Shown here piece by piece: positions 35,991-48,989 of a stretch of DNA of 64,000 nt. Origin of the DNA: Carcharhinus amblyrhynchos (Eukaryota); NCBI GenBank assembly GCA_965287045.1, contig OZ336877.1:80786001-80850000 (forward strand), read 5' to 3'. Positions within the stretch are counted from its first letter, which is position 1; every line of letters begins with the position of its first letter. The position numbers were made by a program, and so were the translations under genes. The notes below the pieces were generated by a model, which was not told where the DNA came from, ran no database searches, and saw only the letters and a list, made by a program, of their open reading frames with translations.

Positions 35991-36349
35991 TCTGAAGTTA
36001 GCGATTTAAAACAAAGTATTAGTTGGTTCCTGTTGCAGGGTGATTGCCCAATGAAAGTTTGAATGTCCTGTGCGATTGCCATGCAATTCTTGCTTAAAAA
36101 TTTCCTGGGGTGAGGATGTGTGGGAACAAGGAGATGTCCCAGCACATCTTTGGGGTACACTCCCTGAACATGACAACTTCTATTCTCTGGGCTATGTGCC
36201 AAGATATTGGGCTTTGTGAATGAACAAATATTCTAACAATCTTCAACAAATATTCTCCAAAAACTTTAAAATCTTGAATATCTGAAGTCTTCAGTATGTG
36301 AGGTCCTGCTCTCCACGGTTTGTCAGAGATTTTATCTTTGTTGAATTTG

Positions 36350-36690
36350 TATTTATTTGAACCGGACCTTCAATGAGTTTAGATATTTGTATCTGCTAAA
36401 ATTTGACAGTGTCAGCAACAAAATGCACTCAGGCATGCTAATTTTTATTCTTGTAACCATGGCAACTTTGTCAAAATCTTCCCTGACCTTCTATTTTGCT
36501 CCACCTGTCTCACCCTGCCTTCAACTGTATAAATTCCATCACACTTCTACCTCTCACCAGAAGAATCACGTGAACTCAAAACGTTAACTGTTTCTCTCCA
36601 CAGAAGCTGCCAGACCTGCTGAGCTTTAATGACATTTTGTTTTTATTTTTCAGATTTCCAGCATTTGCAGTATTTTGCTTTAATTTTTAT
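36350..36690 (+). mobile_element. Penelope family-2 terminal repeat, degenerate
   Basis: aaacgttaactgtttctctccacagaagctgccagacctgctgag..cagatttccagcat.tgcagtattttgc, as at 2232-2365. Confidence 0.6.
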
Positions 36691-37010
36691 CCCTTTTTGG
36701 TTGTTTATAATTTAGTCTAGCGATGATTATGAAATGTAACATAATTCTGTGAGACTTAATTATCCTGCAACAAAAATGTACATTATTGCTGCAAACTGAT
36801 TATAGCTATGACAAAGGTATTAAAAACTAATCCGTAAGTGCAATATTTAATAAAATGGAACTATTGAAACAACTCCAATGTTAAACAATAATTTAGTTAA
36901 ATAGGAATTATGTTCCTATCATTGTGGCCCCATACTAACATTTTTACCACATACATTTTTAGGCCATTTTATTTAATCTCAGTGTACGTTTTGGAAACTG
37001 TAGGCTGAGT

Positions 37011-37324
37011 GAATCTATACTGTACACAAGGAGGCCATTCGACCCATCGAGTCTGTACTGAGCACAATCCCACCCAGGCCCTATTCCTGTAACCCCACAC
37101 TTCTAACTTGCTAATCCTCCTAATACTAAAGGTCAATTTAGTGTGGCTAATCAACATATCTGGCACATCTTTGGAGTGTGGGAAGAAACTGGAACACCCG
37201 GAGCAAACCCACACATAAAAAGAGGGAGAATGTGCAAAATCCACTCAGTGACTCAGCTGGAATCCAACCCGGGTCCCTGGCACTGTGAGGCAGCAGTGCA
37301 AATCACCGTGCCATCATGCTGCCC
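37011..37324 (-). mobile_element. HE1/V-type SINE
   Basis: Reverse copy of 4899-5248. Confidence 0.8.
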
Positions 37325-38539
37325 TAGTAGTCACGTGATGATGCAGTTAATTAAGAGGTCACATGTTGGAAGAGGAGGAATTCTCCCTGGAGTGCAGGCA
37401 GAATACAAGCTACTACCCCACTGAATACACTATTGTTTGTTACAAGTTCTTGGTCACCAGCTTTTGGAAACCCTGCATTTCGACAGAAACTATGACTAAT
37501 AATACCTAAAAAAAAAAACCAAATTGTTATAGGATCAAAAATCTTATACTAATAAACGCTATTCAGTGATGTTCTGCCTCATGGAGTTTTCAGAGATCAA
37601 TTATTAATTACGAATGAGCACATAAGTTTAAGTGGCATTGGAAAATTTTCAGGAAATTAGAAATATTTGACTTTATTATTGTCACATGTATAGGGGGATG
37701 AAGTGAAAAGTATTGTTTCTTGCACACTATACAGAGAAAACATTGAAGTGGAAGCCATTCAGAGCCTGAAACTAGTTTCAACTTTCAGTCAGATCATTGC
37801 TTTCCAATAGGGTGGGAAAGGGTTTGCTGGCTTACACTTCCAATCACATACTGTTTAGTGACAAATTAATACTACTCTTCTGGGTCAGGGTGAAATAATG
37901 CATATATGCTTATAGGAGAAGGTATAGTTCCAGTGAGGAAGACAAACAACAAGAAATCAGTGTGAGGGAACCAGAATTTTACACTGACGGATTTTTTTCA
38001 ATCATGACAATATTCTACAATTTAGTTTCTATTTAAGGCTAATTAGATAGAATTAACTGATCCCTAATTTAAACCAAAATATTAGACAATTTCTTATTCT
38101 AAATTAATTGAAATTATCTGCGATGGGGATGTTATTCTGGGAATAACAACACATTATATTCAGTAGCTTAATGCAATACTTTCATGTCCAATTTGTTATG
38201 ACACATGCCAAGAAAATGTCATTAGGTAATTATCAGGTTCAGCATAGAGTAGACTGCATTACTTTAAAATGAAGTTTAGGGCTTTATGTACATAAGCAGC
38301 AGGTGGATGCTGATCTTAACTCACTATAGGCCTCATTTAGAGGCCTTTGGCTAACATCCTTCCTAGGATGACCAGGATCTAGGCAGGAAGTGATTGGAAA
38401 TTTAGGAAACTGTGTCCAATGGGGTTCCAGAGATGGACAGGTTCCATGGACTGGAAGGGGAAACTTCTAAATATTCCTTGTGGATCCTAGAGGAGCACTC
38501 AAAGGCAACAAGCCAATACTGTCCAAATTTGGGCCATTC

Positions 38540-39030
38540 CTTAGAAGGCATTGGAGAATAACTAGAATGTGACCAAGGTTGAGAGACTTCAGTTACCTAG
38601 AGAGACTGGAGAAATGGGAGTTGTTCTCTTTTAAGCAGAGAAGTTTAAGGGGAGGTTTAATAGAGGCATTCAAAATCATGAAGATATTGTACAATACTTT
38701 TAATAGTGTAAATAAGGAGAAAATGTTTCCAATAGTTGGGATATTGATAACTGAAGAACACTAATTTAAGGTAAGTGGCAAAAATGACAGAGGTGAAACG
38801 TTTAAGCAGCAGATTATTATGAACTGGAATGCAGTTTAAAAGGGTAATGGAAGCAAATTGAATTGTAACTTTCAGATGGGAACTGGATAAAAGCTGGAAG
38901 GGGATAAAATGACAGGGCTATGGGGCAAAACAGGGGATGGAACTAATTGGCTAATTTTTTTTTTCCAAAGAGCTGGAAAAGGCTCAATGAGCAAACTGGA
39001 CATCTTTTGTATAGAATTGTTGGATTCTAT
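38540..39030 (+). mobile_element. Old CR1 3' fragment
   Basis: SYLERLEKWELFSFKQRSLRGGLIEAFKIMK. Confidence 0.8.
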
Positions 39031-39339
39031 GGGCTAGGGAATATAAAGCTCCATTAGTGAACCCAGGGTCATAATTCATGACCAGTCTGTGTTTATTCAA
39101 GTCGAGCTGGGTGACAGGAAATTTGGTGTATTCACCTTACCTGAAAGGTTGCAATGTTGGACCATGCTGCTTTCTCCAGCAAAACATTGCCTGCAGTATC
39201 CGTCTACAACAGGGGAGCTAAACATCATTTGGGAATCATGTGGTCAAGACAACATTTCCATTCTTAAAGGCAGACTCTCTCTCTTAAAATGTCTGCTTAA
39301 TAAACAGAGATCAATTACCCATCCCTGAAAGTGTACAGA

Positions 39340-40043
39340 TGGGGAATGTGTTGGGGAACTATGCTTCAACAACAGAGCAATGGGATGCCTTTGTGTCATG
39401 TTGAGAAAGACCTGAAGGCAAACTCAAAATGCTGCACTGTCTTAACCGTAGAAATGAAACTCACAACATGACTAAATTTATTTAGAAGTATGTCTTTTCA
39501 ACATGACACTGGTGATATGTGTAAGATGTGCAAGGGCCTACATTCATCAGGTTAAACATGTTGAGGTGTGTGTGTGTGTTGCCCGTGATGCCCAAATGAA
39601 GATCTTCAATGTGAATGCAAACAACCAGGGAAATGCCAATACCTCATTTGTCCTGGTGAACCTAAGTTTGCCCTGGGCCATGTCAACATCACTAGGAATT
39701 ACAGATGGCTACTGGGTGATACAGGATACCGATTGAGAACATGGCTTGTAATACCATTTCAGAGGACCAGCAATGAAGCACAAAAATGACACAGCATGTA
39801 AGATGGTGGAGAGAACAATAAGACTTTTGTAGTCATGTTACCATTGCCTGACCATTACTCACCTGTAATAAAGATTGTTGAAGCATTTTGTGCTCCCCTG
39901 TTTCTGGTGCTAAAGCAGCCCTTACTGGAGGACAATGTGGAATCAGCTGCAGACATGTCTCTTGGACCATATGAGGAGACCCAGGCTCCAGTGGCATCAG
40001 GGCAGCTAGAGATTGCCTGGTCACTATTGCTTTTGGATGTTGA
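39340..40043 (+). pseudogene. Harbinger transposase (HARBI1-like DDE) fossil, element B
   Basis: Frameshifted motifs TVLTVEMKLT, DAQMKIFNVNA, WLLGDTGYRLRTWLVIP, MVERTIRLL and GIRAARDCLVTIAFGC*. Confidence 0.75.
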
Positions 40044-40316
40044 ATTCTGAAAACTTCACCTCTCCCTCTCTTTTTTTCCTGTCTCAAGACAACTGTTGTG
40101 GTAAAGTTTTGAAAATTGTTTTATTGCAGTCGAAAACATTGGAAAAATATTTGAGTTGGTTACTATCCAATATTTCAAAGGCAAAGAGAGGGAGAGGTGA
40201 AGTTTTCAGAATTCAACATCCAAAAGCAATAGTGACCAGGCAATCTCTAGTTGCCCTGATGGCCACTGGAGCCTAGGTCTCCTCGTATGCTCTAAGAGAC
40301 ATGTCTGTAGCTGATT
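39941..40316. repeat. Long inverted duplication with ~133-bp arms and a 109-bp spacer
   Basis: Arms 39941-40073 and 40183-40316; the inner 68 bp are identical. Confidence 0.9.
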
Positions 40317-40772
40317 AAGTTAGAAGTTATTGTGTTCTCTAATATTTCAATTTTATATCTCTATTTTCTGTGAATAACATATTTTCATAAAACTTAAAGA
40401 CTACTGAAGTTTTTAAATAGAAGATAATGATAATTAAATATAATTAAAATAAAGAATAAATCTGACATGGAATGGGACATTTTTAAATAAAAGCATAAAA
40501 ATACTAATAAATAACACAAAGCAAACAATAAAGTGAAGTCAAATGTAACAAAACATAATGGGTGGAATTTTCCCCTCTGCACTGTGTTGGCTGAGACAAA
40601 TAAAACAGTGTGCAGCTCTCTACTTGTCCCTCTGCCCAGAGGATTTGTACCCTTGATGGGTTTTTATGACAGCTTCAAGTGGTGCAGAAGTTGTAAACCT
40701 TGCTGATATGTCAACTGGATGGTGGGGGGGTAGAGAACATATGGCGGGGAAGCCCTTTAAATACATTTAAAG

Positions 40773-41049
40773 TTCATTTATTAATCATAATTAGATTACA
40801 TTCACACTGCAATGAAGTTACAGTGAAAGTCCTTGTATAACCACACGCTGGCGTCTTTTTGAGTACACCGAGGGAGAGTTTAGCATGGTGAATGCACCTA
40901 ATCAGCATGTCTTTCAGACTGTGGGAGGAGACTAGAGCACCTGGGGGAAACCCACGTAGACACAGGAGAACGTGCACACAGGACCCAAGCTAGGAATTGA
41001 ACCCGGGTCCCCAGACATATGACGCAGCAGTGCTAAACACTGTGCCACC
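40773..41049 (-). mobile_element. V-type SINE with an alternative (non-CR1, probably L2-like) tail
   Basis: Same tRNA head and central domain as 4899, but the tail reads gtaacttcattgcagtgt.aatgtaa; sibling at 53407-53660. Confidence 0.75.
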
Positions 41050-42189
41050 TTAAAATTCAATTAAATGTATTTAAAGAATATTCACACCAAGGATGGTCGG
41101 GAACCTTGTTGTGTCACTGACAAGGGGCGGTGAAAATCCAAGAAAGAGATCTCACCGAGTTTGTTGTCCATCTGCTTCCCCATTTTCATTCACGGAGGAC
41201 CCCAGCTGAAAATCCCCCTGTGTAGTCAATGTAACAATTAATAAGGGATACAAAGCAGCAAAAATAGAGACAAAGGGGGCAATCTTTCCAAAACAATTCT
41301 AAAATATTTCTCATGAGAAAATTGGGGTGAATGAGGTAAAGGCAACAGTGTTAGAGAGAGGGGGAAGGGATCCTAATTCTTCTGGATCTCCCCTGTTCCT
41401 GCGCAGTATTCTTTTGCATGCCTGAAGCATGTCCATCAGCAGATTTCTCTTCACTGAGCTATCGTTGGCCAAAAGGAGCAGGTGCTAAAATTATAGCAGA
41501 ATCTCTTAAAGAATCTCATTATACAGGCTTATAAACTCATTCTGCTGCTGAATAATCTGCACATGCTGTATGCAAACATTGGTTCATCTTTGCAGATGCT
41601 GGCTAACATCTATCCTAAATCATTCAAGGCTTTCTGAAGCAAGTGTGAATTGGCCTCATAACTTTCAGCCCTCTGTCACAGATCCTGATATAAGCAGTCA
41701 TGGGTCAAATCAGCATCTTCATCATTATCTGCATTGGCTGGAAGTTGGCTGTGTGGTTGGGGAGCTTCTGCTGGCAACACTGCAGGCTCCTCACCTACAG
41801 TTCTGAGTTGCCTCCCTCCAATAAAGCAGTTATATTACCACAGGCTTCCTCCTCCTCAAGCACATTACATTTAGCATTAGCACTGGATTGTCATCAGCAC
41901 CATCTTCAAAATCAGAACTCTCGCCATCCTGCAGGCCTCTCTCTCTGCTGCAGCCTCAGTTTTACATTGCTGCGATGTACTCATCTCCATCCCACATGGC
42001 CCCTTTTAGATATCTTGGATGCTTCAGCAAACTCACCTCCATTGCCGTGGCATCTGTGAGAGTGGAAAAAAAGCACAATTATTTTTGTCACAAGTTAACT
42101 GTCATCTTGATGGTGTGAGCACTCAGCCTTTGTAGGTCAGCTTTTCTCATCCTGACATCTGATACCCCACTGTTTGTCACAGGGTTGGA

Positions 42190-42760
42190 TACACACACCA
42201 GTCTGACTCCATGCATGCTACTTCTCTTTTGTCAGGTCCTTGATGTACAGGAAACCCTCACCCGCATCTCCTCCAGTCAATTACCACTCCCGGGAATTAT
42301 GGGCCAGCTTTGTCTAAATAAATAAATGGAATCATTTTAAAAACCTTGTCCTGTGACACATTTTACGACTTCTGGAACAGCTTGTATCCTGAGGGACTTT
42401 TAGTTCCATAATAACACTTTGACAAATTTGTAGCCATCTCTAAGGCAACTGTATTTTACGGCACCTCAGAAACTTAGTACACAAAATCGTCTACCTTTCT
42501 GCACTGTTAAATCAATAGGTCTAGCTGAAAGTAATTCAGAGATATCTCCAAGGAAACTGCATTTTATAACACTTCAGGAATTTAGCACATAAAACATTTG
42601 TATTTCAACTCACAAATTAGGATTTGAAGTTCAGAGATTACTCTTTCTATCTAGATGTATGCATTAAATCATACAGTTGGCTCTCGCACTGGTTCACTGT
42701 CCTATGTACGGTGCCATCTGCACTAACAACTGCTGCCAATTTCTTCAATGCATTGCTTTA
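42190..42760 (-). pseudogene. Harbinger Myb/SANT pseudogene of element B, convergent with 39340-40043
   Basis: 42647-42757 reads SNALKKLAAVVSADGTVHRTVNQCESQLYDLMHTSR; the next exon from 42313 reads tag|TKLAHNSREW*LTGG..DLTKE. Confidence 0.65.
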
Positions 42761-43309
42761 AATCTTGATGGTTCTGTCTTTCCGTACCTGAGGATCTGAT
42801 TTGTGCCTATCATCCACCTTACACAGGAAAGTTCTCAATTTTTCATTAGTGAAGTTCTGGCATCTCTTCCACATCACAATCTCTGCCATTGCCATCTTCT
42901 ACCTTTTGAAAATAGAGTTCTTTTCAGCAAGCAAAACTTCAAATCATGTAATAGCATTACAGGTGTACACTTATTGATCAAGAATTCTATTCAATCATTA
43001 AAAGAAACAAAAAACTTTACTTCAAGTTAGTCAATAACGATTGCATTAAATGTTAAAAAAATGGAAAAAGTAATTTTAAGAAGCTGTGAAATTGTAGAGA
43101 TTCTTCAAATCTAAACATCAGTATTGTCTATGGCAGCCCTTATCATTCGATGGGGATGGGGCCCTTGGCTGGGGCCTTTGTTGATTTAAGCCAGGTGAGT
43201 AATCCAGACAGGTTCAGAAGGATATGGGTAAGTTTGTCATACAGATAGATAGGTAATTATTTATTGCAATCCCATCGACTGGACATGTTCCAACATCAGT
43301 TGGAAGTTA

Positions 43310-44060
43310 CAGCCCATTATGAATTATTAATGATGGAGGTGACCAAGAGGAGAGACGCCATGATTCTACCAAGGAGCCAGAATACCGTCAACAGCAAGTA
43401 TGGGCATGTGGCCATGGAGGTCAACACAGATTCTGGACCCAAGGATTAGCATCAATCCAAGAGGTCTAAAGGTCTTACATGAGTGAAAACATCTTCTCAT
43501 AATATCTCCTACCTACTGCATTACCAATTCCTTTCACTGCTCAATGCACCACGTGCTTGTCAGTCACCCAGTTTCACTCCTGTACTCAGACATAACAACC
43601 ATATACTCCACTTCACTGTCCTTCACACACACACATTTCAAAGAATATATTCTATTTATTCAAGAGATGTGGGTGGATCTGGAGTCACATGTAGGCCAGA
43701 CCAGGTAAGGAGAACAGATTTCCTCCCCTAAAGGGCATTGGGGAACTAGATTTTTATTGACTCCAAATTTCACAATCTGGGATTGAACTTGGGTCCCCTG
43801 AACATTAACCTGGGTCTCTGGATTAGTAGTCCAGTGAAAATATCATAATGCTACTGCCTCCCCAGGTGCCAGTTTCAGACACACCTCATACATAATTTCC
43901 AGGTATCTCCAGCTATTCAGTTATGGCAGGTGCACCGGCCAAACACAGTGCTCTACAGTCACTGCCATTCTGCTCTGTCACTCGCAGGAAAGTTGACACA
44001 ATAAAAGGGAAGGCAATGAGAAGTTCTGTCCCTGAATCTTACAGGTGAGATGTCTCTTAG
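43310..44060 (+). pseudogene. Third Harbinger Myb/SANT remnant
   Basis: LLMMEVTKRRDAMILP..HVAMEVN at 43320-43450; cag|gaaagttgacacaataaaagggaa (EKLTHNKRE-like, with indels) at 43988. Confidence 0.5.
43657..43863 (-). mobile_element. tRNA-derived SINE whose 3' end resembles the LINE at 44510
   Basis: Minus strand has a ggggaggcagtagc..ctagtaatccagagaccca..gttcaatccca-type head and a cccacatc.c.tgaat end. Confidence 0.55.
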
Positions 44061-44507
44061 CATCAAGGACCTGGCTGAGATGGGACTTGGCACTCACCAT
44101 CGCTGATAACATTAAGTTCCTGACTTAAGTTGCTTCTCGACTCCCAGCAAGCGCTGGTCCTGCTGCTTGGCATGATGGGCAAGTTGCTGATGGTGTGACC
44201 ATGAACTTCTCCCATTTCACCCTATCCCCTTCCTTCATCCAACCTTCTTCTTCTGATTTCCTGTTTTCAGACAGTAAAGAACTGTCATACCCAGCCATTG
44301 CAGTACTAGGATGAGGACAGCAACAAGACAATAATAAAAAGCCCGTCACTTGATCTGACATGCTCAGATACTGGCACTGTGCATATCCTGAAAATTAGTA
44401 TAGAGTTGGCATCAGTATCCAGTGAGTAATCCAGACAGGCCTAGAGTAGTTAGCTCCCTCAGGACTGGATTGTAAATGAGTCCTAGTGCAGGGGAGGACA
44501 TTTTTTT

Positions 44508-45612
44508 AATTCATTCATGGGACACGGGCGTTACTGGCTGGCCAGCATTTATTGCTCATCCCAAACTGCCCTTGAGAAGGTGGTGGTGAGCCGCCTTCTT
44601 GAATAGCTCAGTCCGTGTTCTGTCAGTTGACCCACAATGTTGTTAGGGAGGGAATTCCAGGATTTCAACCCAGTGATATAATTCCAAGTCAGGACAGTAA
44701 GTGGATTGGAGGGGAATTTGCAGATGATGATGTTCCCATTTATCTGCTGCCCTTGTTCTGCGAGATGAAAGTGGTCGTAGGTTTGGAAGGTGCCTAAGGA
44801 TCTTTGGTTAATTGCTGCAATGCATCTTGTGATAGTGCACACTGCTGCTATTGAGTGTCAGTGGTGGAGGGAGTGGATGTTTGTGGATGTGGTGCCAATC
44901 AAGTGGGCTGCTTTGCCTTGGATGGTGTCAAGCTTCTTGAGTGCTGTTGGAGCTGCACCTATCAGGCAAGTGGGGAGTATTCCACCACACTCCTGACTTG
45001 TGCCCTGTAGATGGTGGATAGGCTTTGGGGAATCAGGAGGTGAGTTACTTGCTGCAGTATTCCTAACCTCTGACTGCTCTTGTAGCCATTGTGTTTATGT
45101 GGTGAGTCCAGTTGAGGTTCTGGTCAATGGTAACTCCAAGGATGTTGATACTAGAAGATTCAGTGATGGTTACACCACTGAATGTCAAGGGGTGTAGTTA
45201 GAGTGTCTCTTATTGGTGATTGTCATTGCCTGGCATTTGTTCGGCGCATATGTTATTTGCTACTTGTCAGCATGAGCCTGGATATTGTCCAGATCTTGTT
45301 GCATTTGTACATGGACTGCTTCAGTTTCTGAGGAGTCGTGAATGGTGCTGAACATTGTGCAATCATTGGTGAACATCCACTCTTCTGGCCTTATGATGGA
45401 GGGAAGGTCATTGATAAGTAGCTGATTGTTGGGCCAAGGACACTACCCTGAGGGGTTTCTGCAGAGATGTCCTGGAGCTGAGATGACCAACCCTCCACAA
45501 TCACAATCATCTTCCTATGCACCAGGTATGACTCCAACCGGTGGAGAGTTTGCTCTCTGATATCCATTGATTCCAATTTTGCTAGGTCTCCTTGATGCCA
45601 CACTCAGTTGAA
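44508..45612 (-). mobile_element. L2/Crack-like LINE 3' fragment
   Basis: WHQG.LAKL..ESYL..RKM.V.V.G..S...PQGSVLGPT and KSWNSLPN motifs, with a ttcaagaaggc.gctcaccaccaccttctcaagggca 3' end. Confidence 0.75.
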
Positions 45613-46044
45613 TGCAAGACAGTATGCAAAAAGGGCTGTTGGCATGCACACCAAGATATTGATGCATTAACTGGACTGTCAGACAATCTCGTATTACTGC
45701 CAGGAAGCATGGGCAACTCCAACTTGAAGTAGACACCATGCAGAGTGTGCCATCTCTACAATCTCTGCTTTATCCCTGATTAATTCTAAAACTCCAAGAA
45801 AATGTTACCCTTGCCTCTTTAACCGTTGTAGCCATTGTGTGGACAAGTCACTTACTCTTCTGTCCTCTCTTTGTGAATGCAGAAACTCTGCAAAAAATCC
45901 AGGAGCTCAATATTGTCTCCAGAAACATTGTAGAGTACAGCCACACACTGCAGTAGAGAAGGTTGTTAAAAATTCCATTATTTCCAATTTGGGTTCCTGG
46001 CTTTAAGACATTAGGGCAAGGCCCATCCAGTGAATAAACACATA

Positions 46045-47031
46045 GACCAGGATTTTACCAGCTCACCTCAACCATCAAAGAATGGAGCAAGCTGGTAAAA
46101 TCACGCAAGAGCTGAAAAATCAGGATCACGCCCAATTTCTCAACTCTTCTGATTTTTCTGAGAGCTGGACTTCTGGCTGAGATCAGCTTCCCACCAGAAA
46201 TGGGCAAAACACTGAATAATTTATTCAAATACGAATTTGCATTATTTAAAGAGCTCAAAGCTCAATCATCTGGGCTCACTGACCATTATGGCCTCGTTCA
46301 GAAAGATTCTCTCTGGTGAGGAAAACACCTGCTCCCCATGAACAGGGAATGGTTGTGTTAGCCTCGCCAGTGGAATGGGAGACCATTAAGGATGCAGAGG
46401 GAAAAGGGAGGTATTCCTTGGGCATTGCCAGCTTGACGCCTAAGTAATGCCCAGTGGTCAGCTTGGTACTGCCCATCAGGCAGGGGCAGGGCCTATGGGG
46501 TGGGGCATGAAAAGGGCAGGCACTTAAGGGGCAGGACATGAAGGGGAAGGAGAATGAAGGGGTGGCCCGATCAGGGAAGTTCTCGGGGTGGGGGGGGGGG
46601 GTTGCGGTTTCTGCACACTCTGCAGATGTGATCAGATTGAGGGAGGGGGGGGAGGGAGAGAGTGATCAGTCTGGGTGGCAGAGGCTAGATATCCATGTGT
46701 TGTGGGGTTCAGGATAGGCTGCGGACCCCATGATTGCAAGGTGTGTTGGTTCACACTGGCTCCAGCAGCAGGGTCCTGACAGCTCTCTGTCTGTCAGACT
46801 CCTGCTGCTAAAATTGCGCAGGTGCAGCACATGTGCAGTAGCTCCCTCTATAGGCTGGCTGGTGAATTAAACCTAGTCCATGGCCTGCAGCAGCGAGAAA
46901 CAGGCTGTACCAACTACATAAGACTAAGTACATAAGATTGGGCATGAATACTTGCCCAAAAAATGGATCAGGAATGCTCCCATTTTCACGCTAGCTGGAC
47001 ACTTGGAATTATTCTTGTAAAATTCCCCCCC
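46045..47031. mobile_element. Complete ~1 kb non-autonomous Harbinger-like element (family M1)
   Basis: Imperfect TIRs gaccaggattttac / gtaaaattcccc; collinear with 6002-7083. Confidence 0.7.
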
Positions 47032-47279
47032 AGAACTGGGCCCTGGTGCTCCAAATCTGGAACTCTGACATCACACCAGCTAGTTGTCTGTGACATCAGG
47101 ATAGGGCTGAACTAAAGCCTTCCGTTGCACTTTCTGAGGCCTTGTCCAGCTGAAATACCATGCAAGCCATGCAGAAAGCAGCTAGCAAATGCACTGCATG
47201 CCAGGAAGCTTCATAGTATTGCCTGGGCTGGTGCTATGCAATTGAATTTCTAACCCCAGCATTCAATGTCTGGACTCGT

Positions 47280-48520
47280 AATTTGCTGATGACACAAAAA
47301 TAGAAGATTTGGCAGACAGTGAAGAGCACTGCCAAAATCATCAATGCAGATCTAGGCAGCTTAATGGAAGGATGCAATTTAAGTCTGAGATAATAAATAT
47401 TTTAAGAGAAAACAAGAAATAGGAGTACATATTTAATGGAAAGACACTAAAGGATACAGATGAACTAAGGTATCGATGGGTTCAAATATATTATTTAAGT
47501 TGATGAAGTCATAAAAAGACCAATGCAATTTTGGATTTTATGAATCGAGGCATAAAGTTGTCATGAATTTATGCAGACAGTAATAGACTTTAGGGGTCAT
47601 AAACAGACTGGTGATGACAAGATAAAAATTAAGAAAAGTATGAAATGATACATTTTTGCAGTAAGAATGGGGAAGGCCATTTTCAACTAAATAGTACAAT
47701 TTCAGCGGGAGTCCAGGAATAGAGAGATCTAAGGACATTATATACAAATCTTTGAAGTTAGCCTGGCAATTATTGAGTTGCCTTAGATCCTTGGTCTAAT
47801 TAAAATAAGCTTAGAATACAAAAGCAAAGAAATTAAGTTAAACTTTTATAATTGGTCAGACTTTAGTTGTCAGATTGTGTGCGGTTCTCAGCACCCACTT
47901 TCAGGAGGATGTTAAGGCCTTAGAGAGGATACAGACAAAATTTACAACAATGGTACCAGGAGTGGCGATCTTCAGTTATGTGGAGAGACTTGGGAACCTG
48001 AGGTTGAGAGTAGATCAAGTAGTTGTGTTAAAAGTCATGAACTTCTGAAAAATTGAAGAAACCACTTCCCATGGCAGAAGGATTGGTAATGAAACCGGCA
48101 AAATAATCAATGGAAATGAGGAATATCTTTGAACACAGTCTATTGTTATAACTTCAAATGCATGACCACAAAGGAAGCAATTTTGACAGTAACTTTCAAA
48201 AGAGAATTGGAAAAATACTTGAAGGAGAGAGAATTGTGATGCTTTGGGGACAAATTGGGCAACCGTAAATATTCAGCACAGATACAATGGGTTAAATGGC
48301 CTCCTTCTGTGCAGTTTCAGATAATATTGACTAAACCATAGCTAGAATGTGTCCTGTTCTCAGTGCTCCCTTATAGGAAGGATACTCTTAAAGAGAATAA
48401 TTGCAAATTCACCAAGGTGCTGGGAAATATAGCTACAAAGTCAGTCTATTTCTACGAGAGCGGAGAAGGCTATGAAAAGATTTTAACAGATGTTTTTAAA
48501 CTTACAAAGAGTAAATAGAG
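47280..48520 (+). mobile_element. Old CR1 fragments
   Basis: Degenerate FADDTK (tttgctgatgacaca), LERIQ and 3'UTR ggcctccttctgtg. Confidence 0.65.
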
Positions 48521-48553
48521 AAAACTTTGTTCTGTTTGTGGCATTACCATTAT

Positions 48554-48970
48554 GGGCAGCACTGTAGCACAGTTGTTAGCACTGCTGCTTCACAGCTCCA
48601 GGGACCTGGGTTCAATTCCTGGCTTGGGTCACTGTGTGGAGTTTGCACTCCACATGCTCCACAGTATGCTCTCCTCGTATCTGCATAAGTTTCCTCCGGA
48701 TGCTCTGGTTTCTTCCCACAGTCCACATTCTCCTTGTGTCTGTGTGGGTTTCCTCCGGGTGCTCTGGTTTCCTCCCACAGTCCAAAGATGTGCGGGTTAG
48801 GTTGGTTGGCCATGTTAAAATTGCCCCTTATTGTCCTGCGTTGTGTAGGTTAAAGGGATTAGCAGGTAAAATGTGTAGGATGTGGGGATGGGGCCTGGGT
48901 GGGATTGTGGTTCGTGCAGACTTGATGGGCCAAAGGGCCTCTTTCTGCACTGTAGGGTTCTATGGTTCTA
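48554..48970 (+). mobile_element. HE1/V-type SINE with an internal ~60-bp tandem duplication
   Basis: A and B boxes present; the tctcc..tctg..gtttcctccgg.tgctctggtttc.tcccacag unit occurs twice (~48660-48780). Confidence 0.85.
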
Positions 48971-48989
48971 CCACAAATATCCCAAAGAT

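Noticed and set aside
39340-40043. Domesticated HARBI1 gene
   Set aside because: Multiple frameshifts, stops and deletions, with an adjacent Myb fossil, indicate a transposon remnant.
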